From Akkermansiaceae bacterium (GTDB lineage: Bacteria > Verrucomicrobiota > Verrucomicrobiia > Verrucomicrobiales > Akkermansiaceae): 64,000 nt of DNA. Every line of letters begins with the position of its first letter. Position 1 is the first letter of the stretch. Under the pieces are notes generated by a model. It was not told the DNA's origin. It made no database searches and saw only the letters and a list, made by a program, of their open reading frames with translations. The DNA lies in assembly GCA_051251915.1 (NCBI GenBank), contig JBPOGF010000011.1, positions 32,001 to 96,000 of the forward strand, read 5' to 3'. This document shows positions 11,352-20,630 of this stretch, in pieces. The position numbers and the translations under genes were made by a program.

Positions 11352-11972
11352 ATGAAAATCATCAGTTCTTGCCTCAAACCCATCGTCACCATCTGCTCGC
11401 TCGCCTTGCTCTCCAGCACAGCTATTTCCAGCGCGCAAAAGAAAGTCAGTGACGCAAATTCCCACGTCCGCCTGATGAAAAACGCCGATGGATCCACCAC
11501 TCAGTTCAAACGAGACCTCAACAATACCACACTTGAGAAAAGCACCTTCGTAGAAAAACAAAATGGTGAAAAAATCATCCGCACCAGAACCACATACACC
11601 CGTGACAAACAAGGCAGACTCAGAAGCGGAGTCATCGAAGATGGCCAGCGCATCAAGCTCTACAAGCTCCGCTACGGCTATGATCCTAGAACCGGCAGAC
11701 TCATCGCAGAAAACATGTATGATGCCAGAACTGTCCGACGTAATGACCCCGCAAACCCTACGAAAGAAACCCCAGTCAGAGCTCTTAGATACTCCTACAC
11801 CGCCCAAGGTGAACGCAGTAAACCAATCGTTTACGTAGGAGTATCTGGTAGAACCGCAGAAGAACTTCAGAAGTGGCTTAAGGAAAATAAATTCGAAAAA
11901 GGCACCTTCCCAGACGTCGACCCATTCGCCCCCAAAACCGCGAATCCAAACGCAACACGATTGAGAAACTAA
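11352..11972 (+). CDS. secreted hypothetical protein with YD-like beta-hairpin repeats
   Basis: ATG 11352 gives a signal peptide and avoids overlap with folP; motifs YTRDKQGRL, YGYDPRTGRL, YSYTAQGER. Confidence 0.65.
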   Translation: MKIISSCLKPIVTICSLALLSSTAISSAQKKVSDANSHVRLMKNADGSTTQFKRDLNNTTLEKSTFVEKQNGEKIIRTRTTYTRDKQGRLRSGVIEDGQRIKLYKLRYGYDPRTGRLIAENMYDARTVRRNDPANPTKETPVRALRYSYTAQGERSKPIVYVGVSGRTAEELQKWLKENKFEKGTFPDVDPFAPKTANPNATRLRN

Positions 11973-12068
11973 CCACCCCAAGCTCCAGGATCCAAATTCT
12001 AAAATGTAAATTCAGATAAAACATTCACTCCCAGAATCAACCGCCCTCCCAGCTCACCCTCCACCCCC

Positions 12069-12857
12069 TTAGAAAGCACTCTGAATCATCCCTCCCTCAG
12101 CACGGATATTACTCCCGTTTATCACAGCAGCACGAGCACTGCTAATGAAAGCCACTATGTCACCGATCTCCTCAGGCTTAATCAGTCTCTGGATCAATGA
12201 CGTGGGCCTATTCTCTGACATAAAGCGAGCTTCCGCCTCATCCGCTGGGAGACCAGGGAAAATATCTGCAATGAACTTCTGCACTCCTTCAGTAAGTGTT
12301 GAACCCGGCAAAACTGAGTTCACTGTTACCTGAGTATCTTTGGTCATCTCCGCCAAAGCACGTGATATACCCAACTGCATTGTCTTGGTCGCGCTATAGT
12401 GAGCCATTTCTGGAGCCGCTTTAACTCCAGACTCACTGGAGATAAAAACCACTCTCCCGTGCTTACGATCAAGCATTCCTTTCAGGTAATGACGAGCCAA
12501 ACGCACTCCACTCATGATGTTCACTTCAAACAACCGTTGCCAAGCTTCATCCGTTTCATCGAAAAACCCGACCGCTTCGTAGATACCTAAATTATTGACC
12601 AAAATATCAACTTCCGGAAAAGCAGCGATGGTCTCCTCAGTCCCCACTGCAGAAGCATTGTCAGCAACAAGCCCCACAAGTTTAGCATCAGCTTGCCTTG
12701 AGGTAATCTCAGCCACGGCTCCATCCACACTTTTCTGGCTCCTTCCATTAATGATTACCCGTGCTCCATCGGCAGCAAGTGAGCGAGCGATTTCAAGTCC
12801 TATTCCTCCAGTAGAAGCGGTAACAAGAGCGGTTTTATCGTTTAGTTCTAAATTCAT
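12069..12857 (-). CDS. SDR family oxidoreductase
   Basis: [17 protein letters not shown] (YxxxK). Confidence 0.93.
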   Translation of the reverse strand: MNLELNDKTALVTASTGGIGLEIARSLAADGARVIINGRSQKSVDGAVAEITSRQADAKLVGLVADNASAVGTEETIAAFPEVDILVNNLGIYEAVGFFDETDEAWQRLFEVNIMSGVRLARHYLKGMLDRKHGRVVFISSESGVKAAPEMAHYSATKTMQLGISRALAEMTKDTQVTVNSVLPGSTLTEGVQKFIADIFPGLPADEAEARFMSENRPTSLIQRLIKPEEIGDIVAFISSARAAVINGSNIRAEGGMIQSAF

Positions 12858-12985
12858 AATTTTTTAATTGATTAGTGACAATCAAAGTTCCCTCCGAAAT
12901 GAGGTTCCCCTTGGTTGATGGCTTGACCTTAGTAAAAATTTACCAATAATTCAAATAATGCAAATCATGCGAACACATTATAATT

Positions 12986-13879
12986 ATGATCAACCTTGAG
13001 TGGTTACGGACGTTTAAAACAATCTATGAACTAGGAAGCATGACCGCCGCAGCGGAGCATCTCTATGTCTCGCAACCCGGAGTCAGCCTCCACCTAAGTT
13101 CACTGGAAAATCACGTAGGTTATAAACTTTTCGAGCGTCGACCACGCTTATTAGTCCCCACCGAGCAAGGAAAGCAACTGTACAATACCATAGTAGACCC
13201 CATCACAAGCCTAGAGGAAATTGAGCTCAAGAGCCAACGCAGCGCCTCTCAGGAGAGACCTACCATCACACTCGGAATGTGCTTCGAAACCTTCCAACTA
13301 TCCTTAGAACATGCCGTGCCAGATCTACCATTTAACCTCATTTTAGAATTTGGAGACTATAGGCAACTATTACAAAAACTCGAAAACCAAGTCACAGACC
13401 TAGTAGTGAGCCCTCAGAACCCTGAGCTAAGAGGCATAAAATACCAGGCATTCTCACAGGAAAAAATAGTCCTAGTCGCAGGAAAAGAACTGGACCTAAG
13501 TGGCTTCAATCCTTCAGACCCTCAAGTTCTGAGAGACTGGCTACAACAACAATCATGGTATGGCATCGCCGGCGACAACGATCATATGCTACGCTTCTGG
13601 AAACAAAATTTCAAAAGCTCACCAGACTTCAGGCCCAACTACATAGTCCCAAATTTTCATTCCATCCTCAGAAGCCTATCACGCGCCCCAGGCCTAGCTA
13701 TTGTCCCAGATTTCCTATGCACACAAGTCCTCAATGTCACCGTTCTTTGGGAAGGTTACTCCCCGCTCATCAATCAACTATACTTCGCCAGACACAAAAA
13801 AAGCCCGCATGAAGTAGACTTACAGCAGATCATGAAACTCATCCAACAAAAGATGCCTCCTTTGATTGCCCAACGATAA
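12986..13879 (+). CDS. LysR family regulator, divergent from the SDR gene
   Basis: N-terminal HTH SMTAAAEHLYVSQPGVSLHLSSLE; 297 aa. Confidence 0.93.
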   Translation: MINLEWLRTFKTIYELGSMTAAAEHLYVSQPGVSLHLSSLENHVGYKLFERRPRLLVPTEQGKQLYNTIVDPITSLEEIELKSQRSASQERPTITLGMCFETFQLSLEHAVPDLPFNLILEFGDYRQLLQKLENQVTDLVVSPQNPELRGIKYQAFSQEKIVLVAGKELDLSGFNPSDPQVLRDWLQQQSWYGIAGDNDHMLRFWKQNFKSSPDFRPNYIVPNFHSILRSLSRAPGLAIVPDFLCTQVLNVTVLWEGYSPLINQLYFARHKKSPHEVDLQQIMKLIQQKMPPLIAQR

Positions 13880-14072
13880 CCTCATAACCTAACAAGTTAA
13901 GCCATCTTCTCTACTCAATCCCATTCAAAACTCACAATATCATTCCTCGATAAGCCTTCTCGAGTGATCCCCATTGAGCGCCCCCCTCCATTTACCTCAA
14001 CTATTCGCCATCTTATTCCACTTTTTGCTGTGAAATTTGGCTGTTTTAGGCTTACTTCGCGGTCACAGCATT

Positions 14073-15869
14073 ATGTCTATTGAGCTTACAAGAAATTTCT
14101 CCATCATCGCCCACATCGATCACGGTAAAACCACCCTATCTGACCGACTCCTAGAGTTCACCCAGACAGTCGCCGAGCGTGATTCACAAGACCAGCTACT
14201 AGATGCTATGGACCTAGAACGCGAACGTGGGATCACGATTAAATCGCACCCCGTAACCATGTTCTACAACGCCAAGGACGGCAATAGATACCAACTCAAT
14301 TTCCTAGACACCCCAGGCCACGTAGACTTCTCCTACGAAGTCTCACGCTCACTCGCCGCTTGCGAAGGTGCCATCCTCATCGTAGATGCAGCCCAAGGCG
14401 TAGAAGCTCAAACACTAGCCAACCTTCACCTAGCAAACGAACAAGAACTCCTCATCGTCCCCGTCATCAACAAAATCGACCTCCCCTCTGCTGACCTACC
14501 GAAAGTTCACAAGCAACTAGAAGACATCGTCTGCATCCCAGCCGAAGACGCCATCCCAGCATCCGCTAAAAACGGCATCGGCATCGAAGAAATCCTAGAA
14601 GCCATCGTCCAGCGCGTCCCTCACCCAACAGAGAATCCAGACCAGCTCCTCCGCGCATCAGTATTTGACTCCATCTACGATAACTTCCGCGGAGTAGTCT
14701 CCTACGTCCGCATCATGAGCGGCACCATCCAAAAAGGAACCCGTATCAAACTCTTCCACACTCCCAAGACATACGAAGTAAAAGAAGTCGGAGTATTCAC
14801 CCCAAAGATGACCAAACGCGACGTCCTCAACCCTGGTGACGTAGGCTACGTAATCGCCAACATGAAATCTTCCTCCGAAGTCAAAATCGGAGACACCATC
14901 ACAGACAACACCCACCCCTGCGCCGAACCTCTCCCAGGCTTCAAAGAAATCCAGCCTATGGTATTCTCAGGAATCTACCCAGTAGACACCTCAGACTTCG
15001 AAGCTCTCAAGACAGCCATGGGCAAACTCCAAATCAACGACGCAGCCTTCACCTGGCAAGCTGAATCCTCAGTAGCTCTCGGCTTCGGATTCCGCTGCGG
15101 ATTCCTAGGCCTCCTCCACATGGAAATCATTCAGGAACGCCTCCGCAGAGAATTTGGCATGGACATCATCTCCACCTACCCATCCGTTATCTATGAAGTC
15201 ACCACAAATAGTGGTGAGGAACTCATCGTAGACAACCCATGCATGCTCCCTGACACCCAAATCATCCAAGAAATCCGTGAGCCAATGGTAAAAGTCTACC
15301 TCATGACACCATCTGACTACATCGGCGACATGATGAAACTCGTCATGGAAAAACGCGGCATGCTGGAGAACACAGAGACCATTGATGACCTCCGCGTCAT
15401 GCTCACCTGCACACTCCCACTCGCTGAAATCCTCGTAGACTTCAACGATAAACTCAAATCCATGACCAAAGGCTACGGCTCCATGGATTACGAACACGAC
15501 GGCTACCGCGCAGAGAAAATGGTCAAAATGGACATCATGATCGCCGGTGAACCAGTAGACGCATTCTCCAGCATCGTTCACCGCGACAAAGCAGAGTACT
15601 ACGGTCGTCACCTCTGTAAGAAGCTCAAAGAAGTCATCCCTAAGCAACTCTTCGTAGTCGCCATTCAGGCAGCCATCGGCGGCAAAATCATCGCCCGTGA
15701 GTCAATCTCCGCCATGAGTAAAAACGTAACCGCTAAATGTTACGGTGGTGATATTTCCCGTAAGCGTAAACTTCTTGAGAAGCAGAAAAAAGGTAAAGCC
15801 AAAATGAAAGCAATCGGCAAAGTCAACATACCACAAGACGCCTTCATCAGAGTCCTTAAAAACGATTAA
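14073..15869 (+). CDS. lepA: elongation factor 4
   Basis: RNFSIIAHIDHGK, DTPGHVDF, NKID, GFRCGFLGLLH, KCYGGDISRKRKLL; ATG at 14073. Confidence 0.98.
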   Translation: MSIELTRNFSIIAHIDHGKTTLSDRLLEFTQTVAERDSQDQLLDAMDLERERGITIKSHPVTMFYNAKDGNRYQLNFLDTPGHVDFSYEVSRSLAACEGAILIVDAAQGVEAQTLANLHLANEQELLIVPVINKIDLPSADLPKVHKQLEDIVCIPAEDAIPASAKNGIGIEEILEAIVQRVPHPTENPDQLLRASVFDSIYDNFRGVVSYVRIMSGTIQKGTRIKLFHTPKTYEVKEVGVFTPKMTKRDVLNPGDVGYVIANMKSSSEVKIGDTITDNTHPCAEPLPGFKEIQPMVFSGIYPVDTSDFEALKTAMGKLQINDAAFTWQAESSVALGFGFRCGFLGLLHMEIIQERLRREFGMDIISTYPSVIYEVTTNSGEELIVDNPCMLPDTQIIQEIREPMVKVYLMTPSDYIGDMMKLVMEKRGMLENTETIDDLRVMLTCTLPLAEILVDFNDKLKSMTKGYGSMDYEHDGYRAEKMVKMDIMIAGEPVDAFSSIVHRDKAEYYGRHLCKKLKEVIPKQLFVVAIQAAIGGKIIARESISAMSKNVTAKCYGGDISRKRKLLEKQKKGKAKMKAIGKVNIPQDAFIRVLKND

Positions 15870-15895
15870 TTCTATTCTCCCCACCTCCCAAACAA

Positions 15896-16300
15896 ATGGC
15901 CAAAGGCTACGATGCAGACAAACAAAGGAAAGAACTCGTTTCCTCCTTCGGTAAAGATTTAGCCAGAAGAGCCAAATCAAAATGTGAGCTATCCGGTGAA
16001 TCCGGAGTCCCACTTATCATTTATGAAATGGAACCTGTGAAAGCGGAACCAGATTTCAACCAATGTCTGTTCATCTCCCAAACCAGTCTAGCTCAAATCA
16101 AAAACCCCAAGCTACTAGTCCCAGATCAGTGGCGCATACTTGGCGAACAAGTCTGGAGCGAGCTCCCTCAGGTGCAGATCATGGCAGTCCGCATGCTTAC
16201 CTATATCGCTAAAAATGAACATTGGGCGCAAGAAATACTTGATAATATGTATTTAGATGACAGTATAATGGACATTGCTCAGAAACACCCATTGGTGTGA
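15896..16300 (+). CDS. PhnA-like protein (degenerate zinc ribbon plus helical domain)
   Basis: GKDLARRAKSKCEL...WSELPQVQIMAVRML...WA pattern recalled from PhnA-domain proteins. Confidence 0.6.
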   Translation: MAKGYDADKQRKELVSSFGKDLARRAKSKCELSGESGVPLIIYEMEPVKAEPDFNQCLFISQTSLAQIKNPKLLVPDQWRILGEQVWSELPQVQIMAVRMLTYIAKNEHWAQEILDNMYLDDSIMDIAQKHPLV

Positions 16301-16325
16301 GAGCATTCCCTCCCCTGCAATCGTT

Positions 16326-16967
16326 ATGAAGAGCCCAGTCCACCCTGAGATCAATCTTGCCAAGACAGAACTAGAACCCGGCCTATCAAGCTGGCGTTGC
16401 CCGTCGTCTGGAGGCCATTGGATTCCTGCTCCAGCATACTGGCAATGGCATTCTGACCTTCCCGCAGGTCTAAAAAAAGAAGGCGCAGATCGTAAGATTT
16501 CTAAAATACAACCACCAGATATCGAAGAGCAACTTGAGCGACCCGCCCTGCTCTGCCCTGAGAGTAATTGCTTACTTGTTAGATACCGCGTTGGAGGCAT
16601 TGGCATCTACATCGACCGCAGTCCCATCAGTGGTGGAATTTGGCTAGAAGCCGGCGAATGGAACCTACTCAAAGAAAACACCCTCCACGCTAGCCTCCAT
16701 GAAATCTTCACCACCTCATACCAAAAACGTATTTTACGCGAAGAAGCACATGAGGCACTGATGCATAAATTCTATACTGATCTCGGTGAAGACGTCGCAG
16801 AGGACCTAGTACATTTAGCTGAATGGCTTAAGCTGCATCCTAAAAAACGCCGCATCATCGCCTGGCTCCACGAGCAACTCGCTCTCGATGAAAGAGACTT
16901 TGCCCCCAAGCATGCAGATGATGAAGTCATGGAAAGCATTGCAGAAGAACTCACAACAGACTCTTAA
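16326..16967 (+). CDS. zf-TFIIB-like double zinc-ribbon protein with degenerate cysteines
   Basis: MKSPVH, CPSSGGHW, CPES, IDRSPISGGIWLEAGEW; ATG at 16326. Confidence 0.7.
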   Translation: MKSPVHPEINLAKTELEPGLSSWRCPSSGGHWIPAPAYWQWHSDLPAGLKKEGADRKISKIQPPDIEEQLERPALLCPESNCLLVRYRVGGIGIYIDRSPISGGIWLEAGEWNLLKENTLHASLHEIFTTSYQKRILREEAHEALMHKFYTDLGEDVAEDLVHLAEWLKLHPKKRRIIAWLHEQLALDERDFAPKHADDEVMESIAEELTTDS

Positions 16968-16985
16968 TCCAATGATCCTCCTCAG

Positions 16986-17789
16986 ATGAACAATTGGACA
17001 AAATATGTATTTGGCAAATGGAGCTGGAAGCGCCCCTTCTACTCACTACTTTCCATCTACCTGCTACTTCTAGTCTTCGTTATTTTCTTCGCTGACAACC
17101 TATTATTTTTCCCGCCTACAGCAAGATACTCTGAACAGCTCGATGGATTTCAATATCTGATCAACGACAAAGACCAACAAGTCGCAACGATCTACATAAA
17201 AGCCGACAACGGCATGCCCACACTACTCTGGTCACACGGAAATGCAGAGGACATCAGCACTGCCCAACCCTACATGGACCACCTCCATGACCAAGGATAC
17301 GGCATTATGATCTACGACTACCCAGGTTACGGACTTAGCGACGGTAAGCCATCAGAACACGGATGCACACGCAATATCCAAGCAGCATGGCACCATCTAA
17401 CAGAAACACTATCCATCCCAGAAAATCAAGTTTTCATCATCGGTCAGTCCGTAGGATCAGGCCCCTCAATCTGGCTCGCAGAGAGATCTAACCCTGCCGG
17501 CCTAGTCCTCATCAGCCCCTTCAAAAGCATCAACCGAGTACCATTTAACATCAACCCCTTCCCCTACGACCGGTTCCCTAACATCCACAGAATAACCAAG
17601 GTCACCTGCCCATTATTAGTCATCCACGGAGACCAAGACGACATCATCCCCCAATCTCACGGCATAGCAATCCACGAAAAACACCAAGGCACCAAAACTT
17701 TCCACAGCGCCACAGGAGCCGGACACAACGACATCCTCTCAGATAAAGAGTCCAACGCCACCCTAATCAAATTCCTCAACCCCCATTAG
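16986..17789 (+). CDS. alpha/beta hydrolase (ABHD17-like) with N-terminal TM helix
   Basis: HGNAED, DYPGYG, GQSVG (GxSxG), HGDQD, GHND. Confidence 0.9.
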   Translation: MNNWTKYVFGKWSWKRPFYSLLSIYLLLLVFVIFFADNLLFFPPTARYSEQLDGFQYLINDKDQQVATIYIKADNGMPTLLWSHGNAEDISTAQPYMDHLHDQGYGIMIYDYPGYGLSDGKPSEHGCTRNIQAAWHHLTETLSIPENQVFIIGQSVGSGPSIWLAERSNPAGLVLISPFKSINRVPFNINPFPYDRFPNIHRITKVTCPLLVIHGDQDDIIPQSHGIAIHEKHQGTKTFHSATGAGHNDILSDKESNATLIKFLNPH

Positions 17790-17805
17790 AAAGGCACTCC
17801 CCCCC

Positions 17806-18019
17806 TAGGGAGTTTACACTAGGGATTTATTTATACAGAATTGTCAGAATTTCTCAGAATTAACAAAATATCAGGGTTAAATGACTTATGTAAATAGCTA
17901 TTTAACTTTGGTTTTAAGCTATCGAATTAAATGATTCATCGTATTTGCAATAATTCTGTATCATTTTGTTAATTCTGTCTGGCGCCGCAGGCAGAAATCT
18001 CCCTAGCATAGACTCCCTA
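17806..18019. mobile_element. putative MITE or palindromic insertion, 214 bp
   Basis: Terminal inverted repeats 17806-17825 and 18000-18019 (17/20 match); flanking direct repeat CACTCCCC(C/T)CC; AT-rich interior with a 15-bp perfect inner inverted repeat. Confidence 0.6.
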
Positions 18020-18095
18020 CACTCCCCTCCTCATCTCCCAAGCCCCCATTGCACCAAACTTCTACATTCATAATTCTACATTCAAAACTCCCCCT

Positions 18096-19148
18096 CTATC
18101 TATCAGGAACGCTTTTCAGTAAATCATCCAGCTTATCCCCCTCGATAATGTAGGACTTGATACGGCTAGCCTTAGCCACCATAACCCCTACAAAATCTCC
18201 ATTGAGATCCACCAGCGGTGCACCACAGAAATTACTATTCACCTGAATATCTGACTGCAAAACCTGAGGAAACCCCTCACTTATTTCGTTCACACTTCCC
18301 CCCATACGCTTCATGCTATTCATTCTAGAACGCTTGACTTGCGGTATATCCTCGCGTGCCCCCAGTGTCACTTTCACACCAGCTGACACCACTCCATCGC
18401 GCTTATAGCTAATCGTGATTTGATCGCCAGGCATCTGTTTCTGGAGGAAATTCCTCATCTCTAAGATATTAGTGACAGCTTCACCATCAACCGTAAGAAT
18501 AATATCATTTTTCATCAACCCAGCACGTGCCGCAGCTGACTTTGCGTCTACATGATTTAATAAAACTCCCCCATCCTTCATCGCCTGCATATCCATCACC
18601 ACTCCTAAAAATCCACGATCTTTTTCCTTTAGACTCCTAGGCTTCACACTCACCACCCCCATCGCCAACGCCTGGTCAGACGCACTAGATGCCACAATAA
18701 ATGAACCCACATCAGGAGTCACAGACTTCCTAAGATCCACCGCAGGAAGCTTCCCCACATTCTCGATCACTGCAATATCGTAGCTATTATAGATATGCAG
18801 TAAATTGATCGGATAGGTCGTGCCATCCTTTGCCACCATTCTTACATCGGCATTCTTTGAGACTTTAGAAAGCTCGCTATATTTAGTCACTATCCCTTTA
18901 TCAGTAACCGTACCCAAGCTCACAATCTTGTCATTAGCTTTAATCACAACCGTACTGTGAGAAATATTCGCCACTAAAGGATCGATCACCTTGTAGAAAT
19001 CCTGAGCCTGCTTAGTGAGCAAACCCCGATGTTCAGGCCTTACAAATTGCGGTAATTTCTGAGCACTCAGCCCCCCGGAAGTCATCGCCACCAACGTAGC
19101 ACCTAATATGATTTGTTTTATATTCATCTTCTTAAAAATTGGATTCAT
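18096..19148 (-). CDS. secreted trypsin-like/PDZ protein, probably catalytically atypical
   Basis: Signal peptide; PDZ (GFLGV...SAAARAGLMKNDII) inserted before NFCGAPLVDLNG; no TxxH His motif. Confidence 0.75.
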   Translation of the reverse strand: MNPIFKKMNIKQIILGATLVAMTSGGLSAQKLPQFVRPEHRGLLTKQAQDFYKVIDPLVANISHSTVVIKANDKIVSLGTVTDKGIVTKYSELSKVSKNADVRMVAKDGTTYPINLLHIYNSYDIAVIENVGKLPAVDLRKSVTPDVGSFIVASSASDQALAMGVVSVKPRSLKEKDRGFLGVVMDMQAMKDGGVLLNHVDAKSAAARAGLMKNDIILTVDGEAVTNILEMRNFLQKQMPGDQITISYKRDGVVSAGVKVTLGAREDIPQVKRSRMNSMKRMGGSVNEISEGFPQVLQSDIQVNSNFCGAPLVDLNGDFVGVMVAKASRIKSYIIEGDKLDDLLKSVPDR

Positions 19149-19168
19149 TCTTCTGTTTAATGTTCTCG

Positions 19169-20209
19169 TTAACGTTTAAAAAACTCACCTCTACGGCTTA
19201 ATTTAATCCTAAGTTTAACCTCTTTACCCACCCGTATCAGCGTCACTTCTATCGTATCATCTGGCTTATGATGGTTCAGAGCCACTAACAGATCCCGACC
19301 ATTCTTCACCTCCTCATTCTCAATCGCAGTCAGAACATCCCCATTCTCAAACCCTGCTCTATCCGCAGGGCTATCGTCGAGCACCTCCATCACTATCACT
19401 CCATTATTTGCCCTAGTCTCCTCAAAAGTAAATCCCATCACCGGACTATCCGGATCAGCCAACGGGTTCTGATTGAGCTGCCCCCAAGTATCCCCTTTCA
19501 GCAATCTATCCCAGTCTTCAACCAGAGCAGATATACCCGCATGATTATTCGTCAATCTAGACTGACCAATCGATGAATTAATCCCCACCACCTTGCCATT
19601 CATATCAAATAACGGCCCACCAGAATCACCACCTATCAAAACCGAATCAGAAGTAATAAAACCCTTCCTGTTCTTAGAAAGCAATCTCCCAAACCTCACC
19701 GGAGCAGGCCGCCGCGTGTCATAGCCACCAGCATGCCCCATAGCGATCACATGGTTACCCACCTCAAGCGTATCAGATTCACCAATCTCAGCATACGGCC
19801 AAACTTGTTTTTTCACCAGTTGAAGCATCGCCACATCCTTCGTTCTATTAGACCCCAGCACCTTCGCTGTATGCGCCTTACCATTAGGAAAAATAACACT
19901 CATCTCATCATTCCCCTGAACCACATGAGCCGCCGTTAAAATAAGCCCCCCTTGGTTCACTATCACCCCACTCCCCGAGGCCCCAGACTTAGTAGACGTC
20001 AGCGCCACCGTAGCCGGTCGCACCTTCTCCACAACCCTCTGAATTTGCCCCTGGACCAACTTCAAGTCATCCAGAGTCTGCACACTAGTAGGCACAGAAA
20101 CCTCAGCCACCACCTCAGCTTCACCAACCTGAGCACGCGCCACCGAAGCAACACCACTCCCAATCACAAAACTACCGATCACCCCGGCCCATAGATTTTT
20201 CGTCTTCAT
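19169..20209 (-). CDS. S1C/HtrA-like serine protease with PDZ domain
   Basis: GSGVIV, TAAHVV, KDVA, GDSGGPL, C-terminal PDZ. Confidence 0.92.
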   Translation of the reverse strand: MKTKNLWAGVIGSFVIGSGVASVARAQVGEAEVVAEVSVPTSVQTLDDLKLVQGQIQRVVEKVRPATVALTSTKSGASGSGVIVNQGGLILTAAHVVQGNDEMSVIFPNGKAHTAKVLGSNRTKDVAMLQLVKKQVWPYAEIGESDTLEVGNHVIAMGHAGGYDTRRPAPVRFGRLLSKNRKGFITSDSVLIGGDSGGPLFDMNGKVVGINSSIGQSRLTNNHAGISALVEDWDRLLKGDTWGQLNQNPLADPDSPVMGFTFEETRANNGVIVMEVLDDSPADRAGFENGDVLTAIENEEVKNGRDLLVALNHHKPDDTIEVTLIRVGKEVKLRIKLSRRGEFFKR

Positions 20210-20280
20210 TGCTCCCTAAGCGTCAGCACAAAGACAATTTGTCTAAACCTCCCAAACATTTAGAAAACTCAATCCACACA

Positions 20281-20320
20281 AAAAAATAAAGGCTTACGAA
20301 TTAACGTAAGCCTTTTATTT
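20281..20320. terminator. bidirectional intrinsic terminator downstream of tRNA-Leu
   Basis: AAAGGCTTACG-AATTAA-CGTAAGCCTTT flanked by A- and T-rich tracts. Confidence 0.8.
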
Positions 20321-20333
20321 CCATTATAAAAAA

Positions 20334-20421
20334 TGGTGCTCGAGGGGGGAGTCGAACCCCCACGTCCTTAACGGACACCAGATCCTTAGTCTGGCGCGTC
20401 TACCAATTCCGCCACCCGAGC
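20334..20421 (-). tRNA. tRNA-Leu (anticodon AAG)
   Basis: GCTCGGG acceptor stem, GGCGGAATTGGTAGACGC D-arm, CCAGA-CTAAGGA-TCTGG anticodon arm, long variable arm, GGTTCGACTCC T-arm, A73 plus encoded CCA. Confidence 0.95.
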
Positions 20422-20630
20422 TTGGTGGTGTGTCTTGTTTGACCGCGGCGACTTTCTAATCTATTTTCCGAAGATGGCAAGTAAATCTTTGCTTAAAAAT
20501 GAAAAAAGTTTCCATCCCCCACAAATACATTAAAACGATGAATCAGATAATCGCTTTTTGGCTTGAGTTATCACCCTCATCACTGTGATCTAGGAATCAG
20601 TAATTTCGATACTGAATAAACTACTCAACT

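Noticed and set aside
20220..20630. tRNA as a possible island integration site
   Set aside because: No integrase and no duplicated tRNA 3' end were seen in the window
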